From Fistulifera solaris (taxonomy: Eukaryota): a DNA stretch of 64,000 nt. Shown piece by piece: positions 59,077 through 64,000 of the stretch. The DNA lies in the NCBI GenBank assembly GCA_030295235.1, contig AP026151.1:434001-498000 (forward strand), in the 5' to 3' direction. Numbering within the stretch: position 1 is the first letter of the stretch; each line of letters begins with the position of its first letter. Made by a program: the position numbers and the translations under genes. The notes beneath the pieces were generated by a model that was not told the origin of the DNA, did not search any database, and was given only the letters and a program-made list of their open reading frames with translations.

Positions 59077-60051
59077 TCACGCCGACTTGCATTTTGAATA
59101 AGTGTCGTTGACGTGTTCTAATACTGGCGCTGGACCATTGTCTCTGGATAACGACTTTACCATGTACCACATGGTGCAATCCAACGAAGAGCATGTGACT
59201 GTTTTCTGATAACCCATTTTCTCATATAATTTCACAGCTTCATCATTTTCTTGATTCACGTACAGTCCCAAGGCATCCGCTTGCCATTGCCGACGGGCAT
59301 AGCGTTGCGCCGATTGCAACAGCCGCGTAGCGACACCACGACGTCGCCACGCCGGCGCCGTGGCCAAGTTGGAAATGGCGAGTGCAAATCCGTCGATGAT
59401 TAGTGGATTTTCCAGCAGGGCGATTTCACAAAAGCCAATGATCTCTCCGGTGACCGGATCTTCGGCGGTCATTTGAATGTGTTGGAACCATGTTTTGCAT
59501 TGGGGTGTTAACGCAAAATTGTGATTGCACCATACGTTGTTCTCGCCTGTGCATGTTGCCGCTTTCTGTATGAGTGTTTTGAAGGTCCCGGTGGAACCAT
59601 GATTCCACCAGTACTGCAATAAAAGTGGATCGGATACATTGTCCAGAGAATCAATCTGATTTCCGTCGATGTCTATTACCGCGATACGTTGTCTCAGTTG
59701 GTCTAGTGCACGAGAAAAAGATGTTTTTCCTGATTCAATAGCACGACATCTACCCTTTAGGAGCGCTTCGATATCACTTTGTGCAAACATTTGGTCTAGT
59801 TTGGACGACAAAGAAAACCATCCTCCTCGGTCGGGTGTAGAAGCCGTGGAAAGCAACACCGCTGCTTTCGCCAGATCTTCCTCCCGAGCTGTCCTTATAC
59901 GTAATCGAGACGAGTCGACCGATGTTGGTTTGGCGTTCGTGGCCTTCGGAAGATTGAGGAAAAAGGCGGTCGTTGCACTCGGCTGACTCATCGATGCGAA
60001 AGCAAGTAAAACAAGCCGACTGGCCCACGGATAGCTCAAAAATCGAGTCAT
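59077..60051 (-). CDS. GNAT family N-acetyltransferase, plastid-targeted
   Basis: TTA-FFL presequence, IIGFCEI, ISNLATAPAWRRRGVATRLL, LYVNQENDEAVKLYEKMGY. Confidence 0.88.
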   Translation of the reverse strand: MTRFLSYPWASRLVLLAFASMSQPSATTAFFLNLPKATNAKPTSVDSSRLRIRTAREEDLAKAAVLLSTASTPDRGGWFSLSSKLDQMFAQSDIEALLKGRCRAIESGKTSFSRALDQLRQRIAVIDIDGNQIDSLDNVSDPLLLQYWWNHGSTGTFKTLIQKAATCTGENNVWCNHNFALTPQCKTWFQHIQMTAEDPVTGEIIGFCEIALLENPLIIDGFALAISNLATAPAWRRRGVATRLLQSAQRYARRQWQADALGLYVNQENDEAVKLYEKMGYQKTVTCSSLDCTMWYMVKSLSRDNGPAPVLEHVNDTYSKCKSA

Positions 60052-60476
60052 TAGAAATTCGTTTATCGATAAAGCTTACAACAGCCTCCAAAGCTAAGAG
60101 GTTTAGTAATAGAATGCCAACGTCAATTATTTTATCATGTTGACTTTCGACGAAAGCAAAAGGTACGTCTTCCTCCGGGTAATCATCGATAATGCATAAA
60201 TCAACCTTAACCCTTTCGGGCTTAGTTCGCATGATTCGACTAAGACTAATAAGCAAATACTGTACCAGTAAGAAGCTTGACAGAAGCTTTTCAGTTGTGT
60301 TTCAATGAAACGTTGGCATGTAGTCGCGGTGAAAGCACTGATCTAACAAATGAAAAGGTTAACGAGATTTCAGCTTCGCTAGCCGGAAAGTCGCATGAAT
60401 GGATCCGTTCTCCGTGAACATGTGGGTCGAAACATTCAAAAATTTGCATCGAAACTGGACCACCGAATTCATCTTG

Positions 60477-60887
60477 TCACCATGGGTTACTAATTCCTCG
60501 ATGAAAGGGTATAAACGAATCTCCATAAAGTTGCATGCGCAGCAATTCCTGTGCACCGATTACCAGAATCACAAATAAAAGTCCCGCATAGAGAGTTTCG
60601 GCAAGTTCGTAGTCCGCCTCCACTAAATCAGCAAACCATTGCAAAAAAGGTCCGTTTTTCTTGCTTTTAGGATCGAAGAACGGCGTATCCAAAAAGGTAT
60701 CCACCTTCTCTTGGAAAGATTCGGGGACGCTATTGGTCTCGTTCTCATCTCTGTCGGTAGCATAGAGGCTGGAAAAACGTCCCTTAACGTCGATTGTAAG
60801 CAATGTTGTAGCAGAAGAAGGAAGAAGAAACGCAGTGCAACTTGTAGACAAGCATACAAGTGTCAGGAATACAACATCCGCTTTCAT
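60477..60887 (-). CDS. Small plastid-targeted single-TM hypothetical protein
   Basis: CTA-FLLP presequence, FLDTPFFDP, WFADLV..DYELAE, TM, QELLR. Confidence 0.75.
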   Translation of the reverse strand: MKADVVFLTLVCLSTSCTAFLLPSSATTLLTIDVKGRFSSLYATDRDENETNSVPESFQEKVDTFLDTPFFDPKSKKNGPFLQWFADLVEADYELAETLYAGLLFVILVIGAQELLRMQLYGDSFIPFHRGISNPW

Positions 60888-60960
60888 TATTTATTCATTC
60901 GTTAATTATTAGGTCTATGCACTTTGTTTTTTTTCTCATTGCGTCATTGTAAGCGGCGGC

Positions 60961-60975
60961 GGGCGGGCGGGCGGG
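60961..60975 (+). promoter_or_regulatory. Canonical G-quadruplex motif (GGGC)3GGG in a divergent intergenic region
   Basis: gggcgggcgggcggg, 74 nt upstream of the 60887 ATG. Function is inferred only. Confidence 0.4.
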
Positions 60976-61258
60976 TCAAGAAGTGATCTGGCGTCTGTCA
61001 AGCTAAAAAATTCGAAGATGTTCGTGTTTCAAACTACTGTGCGTAAGAAAGTACCAACGGTTCTGATTGATCTTGCATTGCATAACCAGCAAAATGTTTT
61101 TTCTTCGTTTGCCATAGTCTAGGTCTCTAATGCAATGCATGTCATTCATTCGCCGCATCAATGTTTTGTATCTGGTGTCTTGTAACATCTTCGCCCTTCC
61201 TACATTGTAGTTACTTTCCGCGAAGCTATAGATCGCTCGATCCTCCCATGCAACAAAG

Positions 61259-62905
61259 ATGTTCATTCCGATACCCTTTCATTCGTACTTCCTGAAGAAA
61301 TTTTCAGAGGACGAATCGCTGGGGGGAGATTTGGATGTTTTCAATGATTTCTACTCTGCGAAACGTCAACTGGAAGCAGATTTAAGCAGCACTCACGACG
61401 AAACTGAGGTTAGCAGCCTTGTTTGGGAAGAGGAAAGCAGAAGAGAGCCGTCGTCACAGCAAGAAGCGGAAGTATACACAAACTACCTTGATTCGGAATC
61501 ACTAGCAGATCCCATTCCCCTGCTTCCTTTTCTTTCAATTCGTTTGCGAGATTGCGACCAATACTCCTCAGCTGCTACAACTAAAACAATAGACGAGGAA
61601 GACGAAAAGCATTGCAGTGTTTCAACGATTAATGGCTATGAAATATGGTGGGGAGTTGAAGAGGCAACGAGCCCTTTTGTAATCCGCCGAGAGCTCCGAC
61701 AATCGACATCTTATCTATGACGGGGTTTTCTTCCGACAACTCGTCCACGGAAAAAGGGGAAAACATTACACAAGGTGAAAAATCTACGTTACAATCCGAG
61801 GAATCTAGTGTGCATCAACCGCCAGCAATTCCTAAGTTTATTGAATATATGCCCGACCAACCATCAGCCGCCGTTCATCGAGATAGCTGGTTGTTTGATC
61901 CTGTAGAAACTCTCGTTTTTGGGAAGCCTCCCCCTGGCGTGTAATGATGATGATTCACAGAGGTTGGCGTGCTTTAAACTGCAAGAGTTTTTCGCAAGCC
62001 ACGTTAACTTCCGACGATCGGAAGCTACATGCGCCAGCATTTGTGAGACTTTTACATCAGTATCCGCAGATCGCACAAGTGCGGTATCACGTGTCATTGG
62101 TAGACCAACAGGAAGATGGGGAAAATTCTCAGAGCTACAGCAAAGGTAAAAGGATTTCAACGTACCCTGCTACCCATTATCAATATTCAGTGCCACTGGT
62201 CATCTTCAAGGCGTTAAATCCTTTTATGAAGCGTATCCAGAAGCCATCGGCTTTATTGACAAAGGGCTAGGAACAGCTTTGCATTATGCATGCTATTGCA
62301 GTGGAAGCGTCTCGGTTGTTCAGTTCTTACTCGATCGATTTCCCGACGCTGCAAGAATTACGAATCGGCAGTATCAATCGCCATTGCACATGGCTTGTTC
62401 TGCAAGTTCTTCAAGTTCAGTTCAAAATAGAATAGGAAGCTCACAGCTTCAAATCGTTGAGCTTCTTTTGGAATGTTTTCCTGCTGCAGTGCGGCTGCTT
62501 GACGAAAATGGATGCACCCCCTTTCACATGGCTTGTCAAGCTGGAGCACCTGTAGAAGTTCTTGCAGCACTTGTACGTTCGAGTGCCGAAGTCATTCAAA
62601 TGGCGACCCGAACTCTCGAAAAGCCGCTTCACGTCGCAGCCGCCTGCAACAAATGCATTACCACCATTCAATATTTGTTAAACTTGGATCCTTCGCAAGC
62701 GGCGGCAATTGATGACAAGATGCAAACGCCGCTGCACAAGGCGTGCACGGCGCAGCCCATATCACCAAAAATCGTTCGCACTCTTGTCAACGCTTACCCT
62801 AACGCATTGACTATGAGAGATGATAACATAGAGACGCCGTACGATATCGCACTTCGGTTAGGACACGCATCACCTGACCTTCTCCGCGTTCTCAGCACCG
62901 AATGA
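61259..62905 (+). CDS. Ankyrin-repeat protein with acidic disordered N-terminus; 5' structure uncertain
   Basis: TALHYAC, SPLHMAC, TPFHMAC, KPLHVAA and TPLHKAC repeats. The upstream part is split over frames. Confidence 0.75.
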
Positions 62906-63080
62906 CCCGTACTGCTGGATAAAGTTAAGAAGAAGGAAATAAAACAGGGATAACGAAGCGACTTGTCTACAAACTACAAGCGGTTCCGCTAAACAATTTG
63001 CAAGCCTTAAACATTTTTTTTGTTATACCTAACTTATTGTAGTAGTTTGCTCTCCATTTGATCACGAACTCCTCTCTTGA

Positions 63081-63962
63081 TTAAAAGATGACTCCCACAC
63101 CTTCTACTGTGTGAAATTTCTTTTGCAAAATCGAGCAATACGTCGGCCAAATATTCTTTTCCAGCACTTGCGCATTCGTCAAGACGGGTTCGACTTTGAC
63201 GGGAATATCGTCTTGCACCTTCAAGACCCCCGCCAAGGGCGTCTGGTCCGTCGGTGGTGTCGTGACAAAGGAATCGAGATTCTGCGATGGCACAACCATA
63301 TGACGCAAGGGAAACCAACCGTACTTGTCATCTTGATCAAAACCGGTGTGTACGGCGAGGCGCAAATGGGGAAACCGGGGTGTCACAAAGGGTTCGCCTG
63401 TGGAAGTATCAAAGATACGAAGTTCTGGAATGACGTTATGGACCAAATTGACGTAATTGACGTCGTTGGTGGCTTCGGGCGTAATCAAAATGTTGGCTTT
63501 GGTCAATTCCAAAGCGGCCTTCAAGGCTTGTTGAGCTTTGGAAGGGTCCTTTTGGCGACCAAAGGATCGAGCGTGTACAATACCAAGCCCGATTTGGAGC
63601 ACGCGAATTGTAGAACCATCTGTCGAGAGAAAAAAATTAAGGGTGTGAGAGGAGATTTCTCTGTAAGAATTATTGCAACTCAACTCAAACTCAACTTGTT
63701 CGGAAAAGTGTTGCGGCATCCACGAAAGTACGACATCACCAGCCGTAAAACCCATTTCCAAGAAACCGATGGCCAATGACTCGGAATAATACTGCACATG
63801 ACGTGTCGTCCAAGTAATGTTCTTGTGTTCGTAACGCACGACATCAAGATTGGGATTCGCCGACGCGAGGGCATCGACTTGACTGCCGCCGGCCGCCGCA
63901 AACGTTCGTATCGCAACGCTTCGTCGTGCCCGTAGAGCATTTGCCGCAATCGATCGAAGCAT
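63081..63962 (-). CDS. Mitochondrion-targeted truncated acyl-CoA-synthetase-like (AMP-binding N-terminal) protein
   Basis: R/A-rich presequence, ITWT, LAIGFLEMGFTAGDVV. Intron 63620-63695 gives MVLQFACSKSGLVLYTLDP. Also RFPHLR..VH. Missing A at ~63552. About 270 aa. Confidence 0.7.
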   Translation of the reverse strand: MLRSIAANALRARRSVAIRTFAAAGGSQVDALASANPNLDVVRYEHKNITWTTRHVQYYSESLAIGFLEMGFTAGDVVLSWMPQHFSEQVEFELSCNNSYREISSHTLNFFLSTDGSTIRVLQIGLGIVHARSFGRQKDPSKAQQALKAALELTKANILITPEATNDVNYVNLVHNVIPELRIFDTSTGEPFVTPRFPHLRLAVHTGFDQDDKYGWFPLRHMVVPSQNLDSFVTTPPTDQTPLAGVLKVQDDIPVKVEPVLTNAQVLEKNIWPTYCSILQKKFHTVEGVGVIF

Positions 63963-64000
63963 ATTGAGAGAAAAAAGGGATGAAACGTAATCAATTCGAC

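Noticed and set aside
62146..62190. 45-nt GT-AG intron in the ankyrin gene
   Set aside because: The segment reads as ankyrin-like sequence (CYPLSIFSATGH) in frame with the downstream repeats; a missing A explains the break better.

Overview
Gene-dense eukaryotic nuclear DNA, very probably from a diatom. The evidence is short GT-AG introns, bipartite plastid presequences with ASAF-type cleavage sites, and a silaffin-like KxxK protein. About 33 protein genes or gene relics are supportable. They include RME-8/DNAJC13, dephospho-CoA kinase, a Cmk-like kinase, aspartyl aminopeptidase, p24, a GT10 fucosyltransferase-like protein, DPH6, YlmG, a MenE-like ligase ending in SKL, two HIBCH paralogs, a MINDY deubiquitinase, MsrB, NASP, MYCBP, TrmO, CSA/ERCC8, TM9SF, QCR7, a GNAT and an ankyrin protein. 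Many genes are broken by single-base indels in A/T homopolymers, which I read as assembly error rather than biology. Highlights: (1) a fasciclin (FAS1) birth-and-death locus, with a 5-domain gene built from 674-bp exon+intron units and two FAS1 half-domain relics, one supplying the C-terminus and stop codon of a duplicated HIBCH gene in a different frame; (2) a secreted Lys/Gly/Ser repeat protein with an RXL site, a biosilica-protein candidate; (3) two secreted RXL proteins sharing an 18-Cys module I cannot assign; (4) a TM9SF with RXL-flanked basic and acidic inserts; (5) a ~1.07-kb TrmO duplication ending at a C35 tract. No rRNA, tRNA, CRISPR or recognisable transposon was seen. All family calls come from motif recognition by eye, not database searches.
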